Shown here: one piece after another, positions 24,801 through 36,834 of the stretch
Layout of the letters: every line of letters begins with the position of its first letter
Numbering within the stretch: the first letter of the stretch is position 1
Assembly: GCA_002269645.1 (NCBI GenBank)
Contig: NIVC01001600.1
Span: 124,001 to 188,000 of the forward strand
Origin: Macrostomum lignano
Taxonomy: Eukaryota
Length of the DNA: 64,000 nt
Direction: 5' to 3'
Translations under genes and position numbers: made by a program
The notes under the pieces: model-generated
The model's database searches: none
What the model was told of the DNA's origin: nothing
Seen by the model: the letters and a program-made list of their open reading frames with translations, nothing else

Positions 24801-25875
24801 AGATGGCAGAGAAATAGAGAGAGAGATGGCAGAGAAATAGAGAGAGATGGCAGAGAAATAGAGAGAGATGGCAGAGAAATAGAGAGAGATGGCAGAGATA
24901 TAGAGAGAGAGATGGCAGAGATATAGAGAAATAGAGAGAGATGGCAGAGAAATAGAGAGAGATGGCAGAGAAATAGAGAGAGATGGCAGAGATATAGAGA
25001 GAGATGGCAGAGATATAGAGAGAGATGGCAGAGATATAGAGAGAGATGGCAGAGAAATAGAGAGAGATGGCAGAGAAATAGAGAGAGATGGCAGAGAAAT
25101 AGAGAGAGATGGCAGAGAAATAGAGAGAGATGGCAGAGAAATAGAGAGGGACGGCAGAGAAATAGAGAAATAGAGAGAGATGGCAGAGAAATAGAGAGAG
25201 AGATGGCAGAGATATAGAGATATAGAGAGAGATGGCAGAGAAATAGAGAGAGATGGCAGAGAAATAGAGAAATAGAGAGAGATGGCAGAGATATAGAGAA
25301 ATAGAGAGAGATGGCAGAGAAATAGAGAAATAGAGAGAGATGGCAGAGAAATAGAGAGAGATGGCAGAGAAATAGAGAAATAGAGAGAGATGGCAGAGAA
25401 ATAGAGAGAGAGATGGCAGAGATATAGAGATATAGAGAGAGATGGCAGAGATATAGAGAAATAGAGAGAGATGGCAGAGAAATAGAGAAATAGAGAGAGA
25501 TGGCAGAGAAATAGAGAGAGATGGCAGAGAAATAGAGAAATAGAGAGAGATGGCAGGGATATAGAGAGAGATGGCAGAGATATAGAGAGAGAGATGGCAG
25601 AGATATAGAGAAATAGAGAGAGATGGCAGAGAAATAGAGAAATAGAGAGAGATGGCAGAGATATAGAGAAATAGAGAGAGATGGCAGAGAAATAGAGAGA
25701 GACGGCAGAGAAATAGAGAGAGATGGCAGAGAAATAGAGAGAGACGGCAGAGAAATAGAGAGAGATGGCAGAGAAATAGAGAGAGATGGCATCATGGCAG
25801 AGAAATAGAGTGAGATGGCATCATGGCAGAGATATATAGAGAGAGATGGCATCATGGCAGAGATATATAGAGTGA
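21807..25875. repeat. ~4-kb purine-rich satellite (GAGAGAGATGGCAGAGA(A/T)ATA, ~19-23 bp)
   Basis: Largest array in the window, with strong purine strand bias. Confidence 0.97.
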
Positions 25876-26829
25876 GATGGCAGAGTTATAGACAAGGCAT
25901 CAAAGCAATCTGCATTCAATTTAGAATTGAAGCAAATGTTTTTTTCATCTTGATGAAGCTCTGTGTCTCTTGCAGTTTCAATTTCGAACGAATCCTAAAA
26001 TAATCTATATATTCTAGTCATAATATATAGATATGATATAGATTATTCTATCCCAGCATGTCATACACAGAAGTGTTCAGTAGCAATAAACCGGTGTAAA
26101 TTATTTTACGATTTATAAAATCCGTCTTTAGTTTAAAGCTTTCCAAAACAAAATCCATCAGTGGTCCTGGAGTTGTTAAAATCCTTCTGTAAACCTTGTT
26201 TGAGCCACTGTACATTGTTGAACAGCTGAAGTCAACTTGTGTTCCCCTAAGAGGGAAGCTCTCCTGCCCCCAACCCCCCCCCACCTTCATCGTCGGCAGC
26301 TCCTTTGATCTTGATCGCTCTCGCCCCTCTCCATCTGTTCGGGCGCTGCGACCAGAGCCCCTAAACCCCGAGCCAAACTTTTTATTGGGTGTAGTGGCAG
26401 CGTCAGTGGAGGGTCACCTCCTCATTATACATTAACAAGCCAGCTGACAATATAATATATTTATTGCTCTCCGGGCTCTGCCTCCCCTCCCCATCGCTGT
26501 GCGCATGCCCCATCAGGTTTTATTGCCTCTTTTAGAATTGCAGCTTCAATTTAGACGGATGGGTTGTGCGTTAGTTTGGATGAAGTGATACAATGTTGGA
26601 ACTTAGGGTTTTGGGACTTGGGGTGCTGGGACTCTCGGAATTTGGATGGTGGGATTGACTTGGGATGCTGGGACTTGGGGATGCTGGGATTCTTGGATTC
26701 TGGGAATTGGGATGCTGAGACTTCGGGATGCTGGGACTGTTGGATTCTGGGAATTGGGATGCTGGGAATTGGTGATGCTGGAACTTGAGGATGCTTGGGG
26801 AGACGGGCAGACGACCAAGCTCGCACGCT

Positions 26830-27100
26830 GCTAGTGGTTCACCTACGCATGCGCATGCAGAGGACTTGCCTGGGCGGCCTTCCGTTCGATCCGGGCCGTC
26901 GTCCAGTCCGAAGCGCTGCCCGACCGCCAGAGGTCGAAACCGTCCTGCTATACAACGCCAAGATGTGGACACTGGACACTGGAGCGGCAGTTGGACACGG
27001 CGCACTCAGTGCTGCTCCGTGCTGCCGTGCTGCCGTTCGAGCTGACGAGAGCGTCGGGACCGAGGCCCTGAACGATCGGGCCCAGGCTCTGCGGCGCGCC
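26830..27100 (+). mobile_element. Degenerate non-LTR retrotransposon (LINE, RTE-like) fragment, C-terminal to the RT domain
   Basis: Across frameshifts it reads LAWAAFRSIRAVVQSEALPDRQ (from 26865) / VETVLLYNAKMWTL (from 26933) / LERQLDTAHSVLLRAA. This matches the V(E)xVLLYxAETWTL...LD...LLR pattern of RTE-like LINE ORF2 as I recall it. Confidence 0.75.
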
Positions 27101-30100
27101 CCTGCTCTAAATGTGACCTTGTTTACGGGTCTGCGTAATTTGTTTTTGTTGGATGTTGAATGCTGGAATCTGAAGCTGGGATACATGTGCTGTGAAGTTG
27201 GGATGCTTGTTAGCTGATGGGATCTAGGAATCTAGGATCTAGTGTTTGAAATTTTAAATTCAAGGTCATCTGGATAACTCGGAATATTAATATGGTTGAC
27301 AATTAAGCATCATATCTCCGCTTTTCACAATAATAAATCCACAATGGATATATTTAAATCTTTGTTGAGCTCATGCATATTCAAATATGATTATAATTTC
27401 ATACTACAGTAACTTTAAAAAAAGCTATGTCCGCTATGCTCAGCTGGCGCCCCTGTGCTGGCGCTCCTGGTGCTGGCGCCCCCAGACACGCCCCCCCCCA
27501 AAAAAATCCTGGCTAAAAGCCTTAGTCTAAGTTGGTCCCGAGGCCGTAATAAAGTAAGCAGTCAGTAGTCTGTAAAGGGTCAGTGGGGTGCAGATTTTTT
27601 ATGTGGCTGCCTTGCCTGGCCCGTTTCTACCCTAAACTGCATATTCTTTCCTAATTCTTAAAGTAAAGTCATGCCATACTTAAGCACAACCCCCCACTCC
27701 CCCACTCCGCGGCGTCTTTGATGTGCAAAATAGGTCCGGGCCGGAACAACAGACTCGAGACTCCGTCCCGAGTTTCAACTTTTATAATAGACACATACAC
27801 AACATGCGTGCATACATATATAATGCTAAGACGAAGTAGAGTGTTGAGGGAGGGTTTGGAGCGCGTGGGGTGGCGGCGTGCCCGCGGCGGCGGAGGGAGT
27901 GTGCGGCCTGATTTACAATCTCACTTCGGTTACTAACCCTTACCCCTTACCTTCCTTTTAGTTTTTTCTCGTACCAAATTTATTTCTGTTTTCTCTATCC
28001 GCGTATTTTGGTATCGGTGTGTGGGCCAGTGTAGCGTGTGCTGTGTGTAGATGCATATAAGTTGCATTTACAAAATTTAATGTATTCCTAAATATGGCTT
28101 TTTGGTTTTTCCTTCTCTTGACTCTAGTCTTGGCTGGCACTGCCCTGAGGATCCAGGGGGGGGGGGGGTCAAGGGGGTCGGCTGACCTCCCTGGGAAAAA
28201 TCCTGGATTCGCCACTGCCCGGCTGCCCCCTGTAAAATGACGCAAGATACGGTAACAATGCTTAACTGCCGTCTATCCGGGCTCTGCTTCCTGGATCCCG
28301 GAATGCCCGGTAAATGTGAAGTAGTTTATTCTATCTTCTATTCTATCTATCTAAACTTCTTTTCTATCTTAAAGGCTGTCTAAAGCGGATGTGCTTTCGT
28401 TTTCTATTCTTTAAAAAATGAGATTAATTTTGAGTTTAAAGCTTTCAGATTCAATTCCACAACCAAGACCCAAAGAAAGCATTTTGGACGACAAAAACAT
28501 TGATTTTCTTTGAGGATTCCCTGTCAATAGTAATGCTTCTTTACCTACAGTGCAAAGGCAAACTGCATTCTCCCTATTAACTCCTTCCTACGCCGCCTAT
28601 TGGCTTGCGAAAGCGAAACTAAAGTAAAAAAGGCCCAACCTACGCGGTACGCGGTACGCGGTTATTACAGATGGGTGTAATAAAACCAGCTCCCTCTCTG
28701 AGCTGAGTTCAGTTTGTGACTGAGGCTCGTTTTTCTCTAACCCGCCTCGCTTCTCTCTAACTGGACAGCGCGCGGGGACAGGGGCGCACGTTGTTTGTGC
28801 CTTATTTGTGGAATTGCATGGTTGTGGGTGGCGGGCGGCCTTTTCGCTTTGCCTTCAAGACCTTGGATGGCCGGGGCCTGAAACGCATTGGATTGGATTG
28901 GTTATAATATGTTTGCGACTTTGTGCGCCGCCTGGGTGCGTCTGCGAGGGCAGAGGCAGTGAGTGAGAGGGGGCTATAGACTGTGGGGGCAATAAAAATC
29001 TTGGTGGTGGGTTGAAAAGGGGAAGGAGGCTCTCGTAGACGGGCCTCTTTCTGCAAAACGGGGTGGCGGACCGGTGGGGGTTGCGGGGTGAAGGTCTCAG
29101 TTTTTAGCCTCTTTATTGGAACGAAAGGGTGGCGCCACTTCCCCCACCCCAACCCGCCGCCCCCTCCAAGCCAAACCGGCGCAACACAACATAAAGCCAC
29201 CCCAAACAGCACAAAAACCCACACACGCGGCCGCTAATATAAGTAAAGCCGAAAATTTCGGCCTGGAAGTGAGACACAAGCTCAATCTTCTCTCTCTCCT
29301 CACTTGCAGTTTTTGTCTTCCTATCTCTCTCCGTCTGTCCCACAGTCCCACGGACCAGGTTTGACTTTATAAACAGCTCTTTCCGGATCCAAACCTCCTG
29401 TGTCCTTCCTATCCTCCTCCAGCAAGCAAGTTAACTGGGCCCTGGGGCTTTCCTTATACTCGTAACGCAAAATAGGAAGAGTGCCGAAAATTGAAAAAAA
29501 CGCGACGCAACCTATTTAATTGGCTGAATAGAAGACATTGTGTTTGAAATTTTTGCGCATTTGGCTCAATTTCTGCTGCTAAGGCTTCGACTCCGGAGTC
29601 CGGACGATATTTATTTCGAAGTCGAAATATGCCGGTAAGAATTGGCTATTTTCCTGTTTTGTCAACAACACGGAGTCCAGTCCAGGCGGTCCAGTCAGCC
29701 GTTAGCCGACCAAACCCACTTGTCGTTGTCTTCTAAGTCTTAAAAAGGTTATCTAGCTTAATTTGTTTTAATTCCTTAATCCAGTAAAAGTAAAAGAAAT
29801 AATTAAAACTACGCAGTGTGATTTGGATTAGGCTATTTCGTATTTAGCAATATTTCCTTTCATTTCGCTTCTTAGCGTTCTCGAATCTCGTGCGCAAATT
29901 CCACTTTCTTCATCCTGCCGCTATAGTCGATATTTTTAGTATACGAGTATCAGTAATAATAAAGCATCCCATGAATGAATGGCCAAACGTTAATCGAAAG
30001 CAATCGAGTGTCCTGTACATGTGAGCTATTGGTGATCTTGGTCAGAACCAAGCCATTATGAGCTGATCCGACACTTAAATAAATTAGTGTTGATTTTGGC

Positions 30101-31553
30101 TTGGCGTTGGTTTTGGTTAACTTTAAAGCGTTAATCGTCAAAAGCTCGTATCTACAGGTATACCCGTTGTGTTAATCGCCGATCAGATGAACCATCAATT
30201 ATTCGTAATTCTGTTTCGGAAAAGACAAAAGTTTCAGTTCAGATGACAGTTAAAATAAAATGCTGTTTTGAACTTTGTTTGTTTGACCTCTGTGCTACTG
30301 CTACTAGCCCATAGTTTTTTGCCTCCAACCCCGTGTTTCTCTTTTAATAATTTGACTAAGACTTCTGAACGAAGAGCTTGTTAAAATTGAAGATTCAAAG
30401 ACAAACGAAATTGATTTTCAGTCTGTTTTGCAGCAGAGGGCAAAAAGTCTTAATATGCGAGACGGTCGTGTTGGTGGCACCGCCTACTAAAACAAAAAGT
30501 GCAACAGTGAATTATATTTATAGTTATTAATTATTCATTTAAAACAAATGGTCTGCGCTATGAATCAGCCTCAGAAGTAGCTCATATATGCACCTTTAAT
30601 TTCATTAATTTTGTTATAACCGCATTTCTCAGAGACTTCTTAAATCGCGTTTATCTGTAGATTTTTTATTCAATAAAAAAGCCGCAACTGCTATTAGAAT
30701 TTTATTTGTCTTATCGCTATTAAACTGGTACACCGTCATTCAAATACCACTGTCTACAATCACTTTATTTCAAATATACCTAAATAAATTGATTTAAAAA
30801 ACTGTCTGCTTGACTTCGTCTGTTTAATTACTTTTTAATTGATTTAATAACAACAAAATTATTTGCAGTATCATAAATTATATATCAAATTTTAATTGAT
30901 TTCGATTTCAACCAAAAAAGGCATTAAAATTGGCTCGCTAATTTTTAGCCTGATTTAAAAAAAATTGCCGATCGAAAGTAACTTTGCTTTGTAGAATGTG
31001 TACATAGAGCTACGCTTCCTTGTAACACTGCAGGGTCAATGCTACACTGTAAATAAAAAGTAGCCGAAAAAGTAGCCTGAAGGGTGCCGGTTGTAAGTAG
31101 CCGGATAGGTGCCGAAAGTGTCCAATTTTCGGCGCCTTTTTCAATATTAGGGTGCCGCAAGCGGCTAATTCTAGGCTTTAAAAAGTGCCGCATGCAGCCA
31201 CTTTTAGGTTAAAAAAGTAACCGCTTGTGACACTTTTTTGTAGAAAAGGGCGCCGAAAATTAGACACTTTCGGCACCTATCCGACTAATTACAACCGGCA
31301 CCCTTTAGGCCACTTTTTGATGATTAAAATATGGCCCTTCCAAGAACTTACTCCTTCAATATCCTGAGCGTTTCAACTAACCAGCTTTCTTTCGGTCATT
31401 TGATGTATGTAGTTGGTTAGTTAGTTAATAATAGTGAAAAAAAATCATTCAGTGGCAAATCTTGAGTGCATAATTTTTAAGGTTTGAAAAAAATAATGTA
31501 ATTTTGAAGTTAAGCATATATTTAAAATTAGACACTGTTTTCAGCAAATTGGG

Positions 31554-32072
31554 TTAGCTAGTAGCATGAAAAATTGCACAGAGAGCATGTTTAGCACCTT
31601 AAAAGAGTCAAGCAATGAAAATAAGAAATAGTACTTTAATTTTAGTCAGTGAACAACAAGGTTTAGCTAGTAGCATGAAAAATTGCACAGAGAGCATGTT
31701 TAGCACCTTAAAAGAGTCAAGCAATGAAAATAAGAAATAGTACTTTAATTTTAGTCAGTGAACAACAAGGTTTAGCTAGTAGCATGAAAAATTGCACAGA
31801 GAGCATGTTTAGCACCTTAAAAGAGTCAAGCAATGAAAATAAGAAATAGTACTTTAATTTTAGTCAGTGAACAACAAGGTTTAGCTAGTAGCATGAAAAA
31901 TTGCACAGAGAGCATGTTTAGCACCTTAAAAGAGTCAAGCAATGAAAATAAGAAATAGTACTTTAATTTTAGTCAGTGAACAACAAGGTTTAGCTAGTAG
32001 CATGAAAAATTGCACAGAGAGCATGTTTAGCACCTTAAAAGAGTCAAGCAATGAAAATAAGAAATAGTACTT
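31554..32072. repeat. Near-perfect 109-bp tandem repeat (~4.8 copies) inside the CACTA element
   Basis: Units start at 31554, 31663, 31772, 31881 and 31990, an exact 109-bp period. Confidence 0.97.
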
Positions 32073-32193
32073 TTGATTTTGATTGATAATCAGTTGCTTT
32101 CAGTCCTTGTCAGTCAAGAAATTATTTTTATAGTAGAATATGTATTTACCTAATGAATTTTTGCATACATTATTCTATGAAAGCAACCTGCTA

Positions 32194-32448
32194 TCAATTT
32201 GAGGCTTTAAAAAGGAAGACCTGGCTGCTTGGATTATCGGCAGTGATTGCTTTCCAAGTGTCAGAATCTGCAATTTCGAAGCCATCCTCTGTGCAAACAA
32301 GTGGGCTTGGCACATTGCTGATTCCTAGGGCTGTACATCCAGCAGTTACAAAATTGTCAAAGTCAGAATTTTGCAGGTTGATCAGAACTTTCTTCTCCTT
32401 TCCAACTGCAGAAATTTTGTACAATGGCATGAATTCAGCTGCGGGCAT
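32194..32448 (-). CDS. Small transposon ORF2, CIDE-N / ubiquitin-like fold candidate (84 aa)
   Basis: ATG-initiated ORF ...GCTALGISNVPSPLVCTEDGFEIADSDTWKAI... resembles the CIDE-N pattern LG...LVxxEDGxE(V/I)xDx(D/E)x(F/W)xxL. This is pattern recognition only. Confidence 0.45.
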   Translation of the reverse strand: MPAAEFMPLYKISAVGKEKKVLINLQNSDFDNFVTAGCTALGISNVPSPLVCTEDGFEIADSDTWKAITADNPSSQVFLFKASN

Positions 32449-32684
32449 TAATAATAAAATTTTGAAGTGATTAATTTCAGAGTTCAGACATTACTTAGAC
32501 ATTGGACATTAAGTAGACATTATATTGAAACAATAGTCTTAGGTCTTTCTTAGGAATTGTGGCCAGCAGTTTTTTAAGATTTTTCTTATAACAAATTCAT
32601 AATCTTGCTATATATCAAAACCATGATTCAATGCATATTATTTTTCCACATTTAAAAACATAGTTTTAAGATTATGGACACTGA

Positions 32685-35153
32685 TTAGAAGGGCAAAAAG
32701 GAAGATAAAATAGCATAGTGTTTACCTGCAATTATGTCTACAAATACTGGTGGATGGAGAAATTTGTGTACTGGATCAATAATATTAACTTGTGATGTTG
32801 GTTTACAATAAAAAGTAAAGTATGATGGCAAAAAAATGGAATTGTAATTTTTTGTTACCAAAAGCCACTTGCCCTTAATGCATATAATTTTAAAAAGTGA
32901 TGATAGGGTTAGATCATAGCAATCATCAAAGTCTTGATGTTTACTTTGAAAAATAATCATTGACTTGTACTTAGTTGGAGCTTTAAACTCTAATGACCCT
33001 ATTTTTAAACTACTTGCTACAATACAATCCTTAGGCATATCATTTATACTAGGCAACTGCAAATAACTAGCAATGGTTTCGATTGTTTGAAAATCAAAAA
33101 GATTAACAAGTGATACTTGCTGTAAATTTGAAGCCAATGGAACATCAAATTCAACAGTAGACATTGTAATAGCTTGATGCAGTTGAAACCTTTGTGCTGC
33201 TGTTGCACATACATTTTTAAAGCAACGTACTATAGGTATTATTTTTTTAAAGTACTGATGGATTGACTCAAATCTCATTGTCCATGCTACTTTCAATCCA
33301 TTATACATAGGGATTAGGTCTGGATAATGCAACATATAATGGAGTTTACATTTTTTTGATAATTGATTGTTTGATACTTTGTATATTAGGTTATTATGTT
33401 CATTTATTAAGGTAGCAATATAGTCTGAATTGTGTTCTTCTTCATCTAAAGTTGATAATAAAATGGCCAGAACTTCACAATGTATTAATAGAAGATTCAT
33501 GATATCATACTTAATTGGATTATTACTGGAAAGAACATAAGGCCCAAAATATAGAGGCATTCGATGGATAATGTGAATCATATCTGCTGCACAGAATAGC
33601 AATCTATTATTGTTGATGTGTGCTGGCAAAAGAGAAGGCATTGAGACAGGGAAAAGTTTGAAAAGCCTTTTGATATTATCAAAATTTAGGATTTTGTGCC
33701 TTAATAAGAATTTAATAGCAAGACAAGCAACGAAGTGTGATGTACCTTCTAGTAAATCATGAAAAAAATCTGGGGGGAAAAAGTAAGGCATGGTAACATA
33801 TCCAAGACCATTGAATGGACAGTTTTGCTTAAATCCAGTTTGAATGCTAATGTCCCAGCTATCATCTCTACTTAAGTCATCATGCTTAGTTAGACAAAAA
33901 TCAATGTCAGTAGCCTTTGCAATACAAAATCTACATGCTTGGCCTGATACAAAATTTGTCCCAAGTCCAACAAGTGAATTAATTGATAGGTTGTCACCAG
34001 TACATAAACATGCAATAACTGGAACATTTATTTTTTCCCCATTTAAAGCTTCAAATGTAATTCCATAGTCATACAGATTATTCAATTCTTCAATCAAAGG
34101 AGAATATAGCTCTTCAAGGTTGAGGATATTATCTTGAATAATTTTATATTTTACTAAGCAAGCTAAAAAGAAACACTTTTCTTGAGATGCAATTTTCTTT
34201 GGCAGATTTAAAATTCGATAGTAAATTGCATAAATTTTATGCTTACACCTAGCTTTACCAATTGGGTTTGCCACTTCAAATTCATCTGTATATAGTGCAA
34301 GATAAATAGCATCTTTAGGGTCATTTTCAATTAATGGTTTGATATAATTTTCAAAGTATGGACTAGAAAAGAAAGGTGATTTTTCCTTTAATTCCCCAGT
34401 AAAAATCATAGATTGAAAATATTTATTTTGTAAAACTGAAGAAATATTGCTTTTGATTGGAATATAAACAATACTATTCCTATTAAATAATGGTACTTCA
34501 ATAGGTTCAACAAATTGATAATGCCCTTTAATAAAACTTAACAACTGTGAATCACTTTCTAATATTTCAAGGCAAGTATCAAAGAATGATTCTAATTGCA
34601 AGAAATCTTGGACCCCTTGGATGGTTTTATTTGGAATACCTTTTTCTTTCAGGAATTGACAAATGGTTGATAGATATAATATACTAAAGGAAGAAAAAAT
34701 GCCTTTTACTTGTAAACTTAATGACCTTGCTGTACTATTTGGTAAGCTGAAATAATCTCTAGCTTGAAAATAAAACTTTGCCATGTTGCAACCACTGTTT
34801 GATTTTAACTTTTCTTTCAATTCCCATGCAGATGATTCTGGCCTGGCTAGTGCTAACATAGAAACAGGAGGTCTAACTAGGTTTGATAAATCTCTAGACC
34901 CTTCTTGGTTTTTAAATTCAGCATGTACAAGCTGGTTTTGCTCAATGTCAATAGGCATATTTATTGTAGAAGATCCAGTCAGTAAGTGTTCATTCATATG
35001 CATATCATTGGCACTGGCTTGATTGCTAGGACTTATGTCTGTAACATCAAATTGAAATGGCTCAGTTAAGCTTTGACTTAGGATAGGCCCTAGTATCACT
35101 GTGGAACCTAGAAATATGCTTGATAGTGGCTTCTTTCGAGGATGAAAATACAA
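32685..35153 (-). CDS. CACTA/EnSpm-type transposase (822-aa open frame)
   Basis: Motifs LYTDEFEVANPIG..KHKI, TGDNL, CRFC, PPDFFHDLLEG, KLHYMLHYP, WTMRFESIHQYFK; uninterrupted frame between matching TIRs. Confidence 0.9.
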   Translation of the reverse strand: MYFHPRKKPLSSIFLGSTVILGPILSQSLTEPFQFDVTDISPSNQASANDMHMNEHLLTGSSTINMPIDIEQNQLVHAEFKNQEGSRDLSNLVRPPVSMLALARPESSAWELKEKLKSNSGCNMAKFYFQARDYFSLPNSTARSLSLQVKGIFSSFSILYLSTICQFLKEKGIPNKTIQGVQDFLQLESFFDTCLEILESDSQLLSFIKGHYQFVEPIEVPLFNRNSIVYIPIKSNISSVLQNKYFQSMIFTGELKEKSPFFSSPYFENYIKPLIENDPKDAIYLALYTDEFEVANPIGKARCKHKIYAIYYRILNLPKKIASQEKCFFLACLVKYKIIQDNILNLEELYSPLIEELNNLYDYGITFEALNGEKINVPVIACLCTGDNLSINSLVGLGTNFVSGQACRFCIAKATDIDFCLTKHDDLSRDDSWDISIQTGFKQNCPFNGLGYVTMPYFFPPDFFHDLLEGTSHFVACLAIKFLLRHKILNFDNIKRLFKLFPVSMPSLLPAHINNNRLLFCAADMIHIIHRMPLYFGPYVLSSNNPIKYDIMNLLLIHCEVLAILLSTLDEEEHNSDYIATLINEHNNLIYKVSNNQLSKKCKLHYMLHYPDLIPMYNGLKVAWTMRFESIHQYFKKIIPIVRCFKNVCATAAQRFQLHQAITMSTVEFDVPLASNLQQVSLVNLFDFQTIETIASYLQLPSINDMPKDCIVASSLKIGSLEFKAPTKYKSMIIFQSKHQDFDDCYDLTLSSLFKIICIKGKWLLVTKNYNSIFLPSYFTFYCKPTSQVNIIDPVHKFLHPPVFVDIIAGKHYAILSSFLPF

Positions 35154-35316
35154 AACAATTCTGTAATGGACACTGAAACTTCAGTTGAATTTCAGCTGAC
35201 CTAGTGGACAAGAGAGGACAATAATGGCAATAATGCTTTAAAAACTGGGATAAAGAAGTGCTCTTACAACCACATTTACATGTGAACATGGACAAGGAGT
35301 TATGACTTGCCATCAT
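35062..35316 (-). CDS. N-terminal C2H2-like zinc-finger segment of the transposase, in a different frame
   Basis: CKCGCKSTSLSQFLKHYCH and CPLQNC...IKHISRFH. It overlaps the transposase ORF by ~90 nt and would join by a frameshift or a short intron. Confidence 0.6.
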   Translation of the reverse strand: MMASHNSLSMFTCKCGCKSTSLSQFLKHYCHYCPLLSTRSAEIQLKFQCPLQNCFVFSSSKEATIKHISRFHSDTRAYPKSKLN

Positions 35317-36834
35317 AAAAAAATGAAGCCAAAGTAAAGCTTAATAGCTTTGGAACTATACAAGTAAAATTCAGGAGCCATTGATTACAGTACAGTACAG
35401 GCAAAAATTAAAACGATAAGGATGGCTTACTAAATATTAGGACAGAAATAAAAACTATCAGTAGCTAAAATACAAAGTTTCTACAAAGAGCAACGAGACA
35501 GTCAGACACTGTTATTCACAAAGAAATAATTGTAGCAAGTTAGTTGTCTGAAACTGAAAACGAATATTCGACAAATTTGACAATTAGGAGATTTTAAGCA
35601 TGCAATAATCACTCTGCTCAAGCAAAAGTGTTTGATTTTTAAAAAGAAATCATTATAAGAAAACATACAAGCATCTTTTTTCAATTATAAAACTATCAAG
35701 CTTCAAGTTAGTTATATGCTATTCATAAAGCACATGCATTTAGATACTTTGCTTTACAGACTTTTGTAAATGAATTCCAATCTTAAGTATAGGTACTTTG
35801 TACGTTGTACAACTGGCTACTTTTTAATTATGCAGCTCCCATGGCTTTGTCAGGATTCCCTGCGGATTTTTTCAGTATGAAAAATACCTAGCAGGTTGCA
35901 GATAATGAAAACTAAATATATGTAACTATTTTTGAAGTGATTTAAGAAATTCAACAACCGGCTACTAAAGACTATTTTACAACCGGCTACTTCTGCGGCC
36001 ACTTTTAATTTACAGTGTAGCCGACTAATTGATTAATACGAGCGTACTTCAGCCTCTGATACTTCAGCAGCCTCAGCCATTCGCCTCTTCTTAATTACAT
36101 TCACCTTTCCATGTACCTCTTCAACCCTTCGATATTACCTCCTTATTCTCACTCTAATCTTCTAAATATACTAAATCTCTAATCTAAATATACTAAATCT
36201 CTAAGGTTTGTATGCTTTCCATTTCCAATATACTTTCCAATATACTAAAAATGAAAATCTTGCTTGTTTGTTTGTTTGTACGCAATCGATTAGAGAAAAA
36301 ATGGCTGGACCGATTTTCATGAGACTTGCACTGTTCGATCAGAAATTTTCCCGTGACGGTACATGCATCGAGGCTAAGAAATTGCTCGATGCTAAAGGCA
36401 TTAAATATTCGAAAAACATGCTTTTTTGCAAAGGTCAAGCAAACTTTTCGACTTGAAATGCATTGTAAGAATGCTAGAGAAAAAACTGACTGGTTGAATT
36501 CTGATTCTGAAATAGATTGCATCATAACTGAATTGTAACTCCGACTTGAATTGAAAATGCAGTGTGGAAGCGTAGCACCAGACTTGATTTAAATTGCGTA
36601 ACCATATTGTTAACTGATACTGACTGACTGAGAAACTGATTATGTCATAACTGCTTCGTGTGATTTACTCTATGCTTGGAGTTTTGAAACTCCAAATAGA
36701 AGTGCTAAAATTCATGTTATCAAAACGATGAGAGCTAGCCTAGAGGTAAACAGACTGACTGCTAAATGCAGGGACGATGGTTCGGATTTTTAGAGAGTTT
36801 TTTTAATTAAAGTTTTTTAACGCCAAGAAAACTA

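Larger units (their letters stand above)
31045..36017 (-). mobile_element. Full-length CACTA/EnSpm (CMC superfamily) DNA transposon, 4973 bp
   Basis: 22-bp TIR CACTGTAAAT(A/T)AAAAGT(A/G)GCCG at 31045 and inverted, ending at 36017. 2-bp TSD TA at 31043-44 and 36018-19. Subterminal CCGGTTGT(A/T) motifs on both sides. Encodes a transposase. Confidence 0.92.

Noticed and set aside
19771-25855. Several long repetitive ORFs (MRHPKKE, GVSHLFL, LCHLSL)
   Set aside because: Artefacts of stop-free tandem repeats, open in several frames at once.
28139-28218. Short hAT-like MITE remnant (GGATCCAGGGG...CCTGGATTCGCCACTG)
   Set aside because: One end is too degenerate and I found no TSD.
29400-30200. CpG-containing promoter-like stretch with ATGCCG|GTAAGA (possible first exon)
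   Set aside because: I could not link any downstream coding exon or homology to it.
30424-30440. CTCF-like motif GCAGCAGAGGGCAA (also AGAGGTGGCG at about 45702)
   Set aside because: Isolated short matches are expected by chance, and CTCF is reported absent from the flatworms examined.
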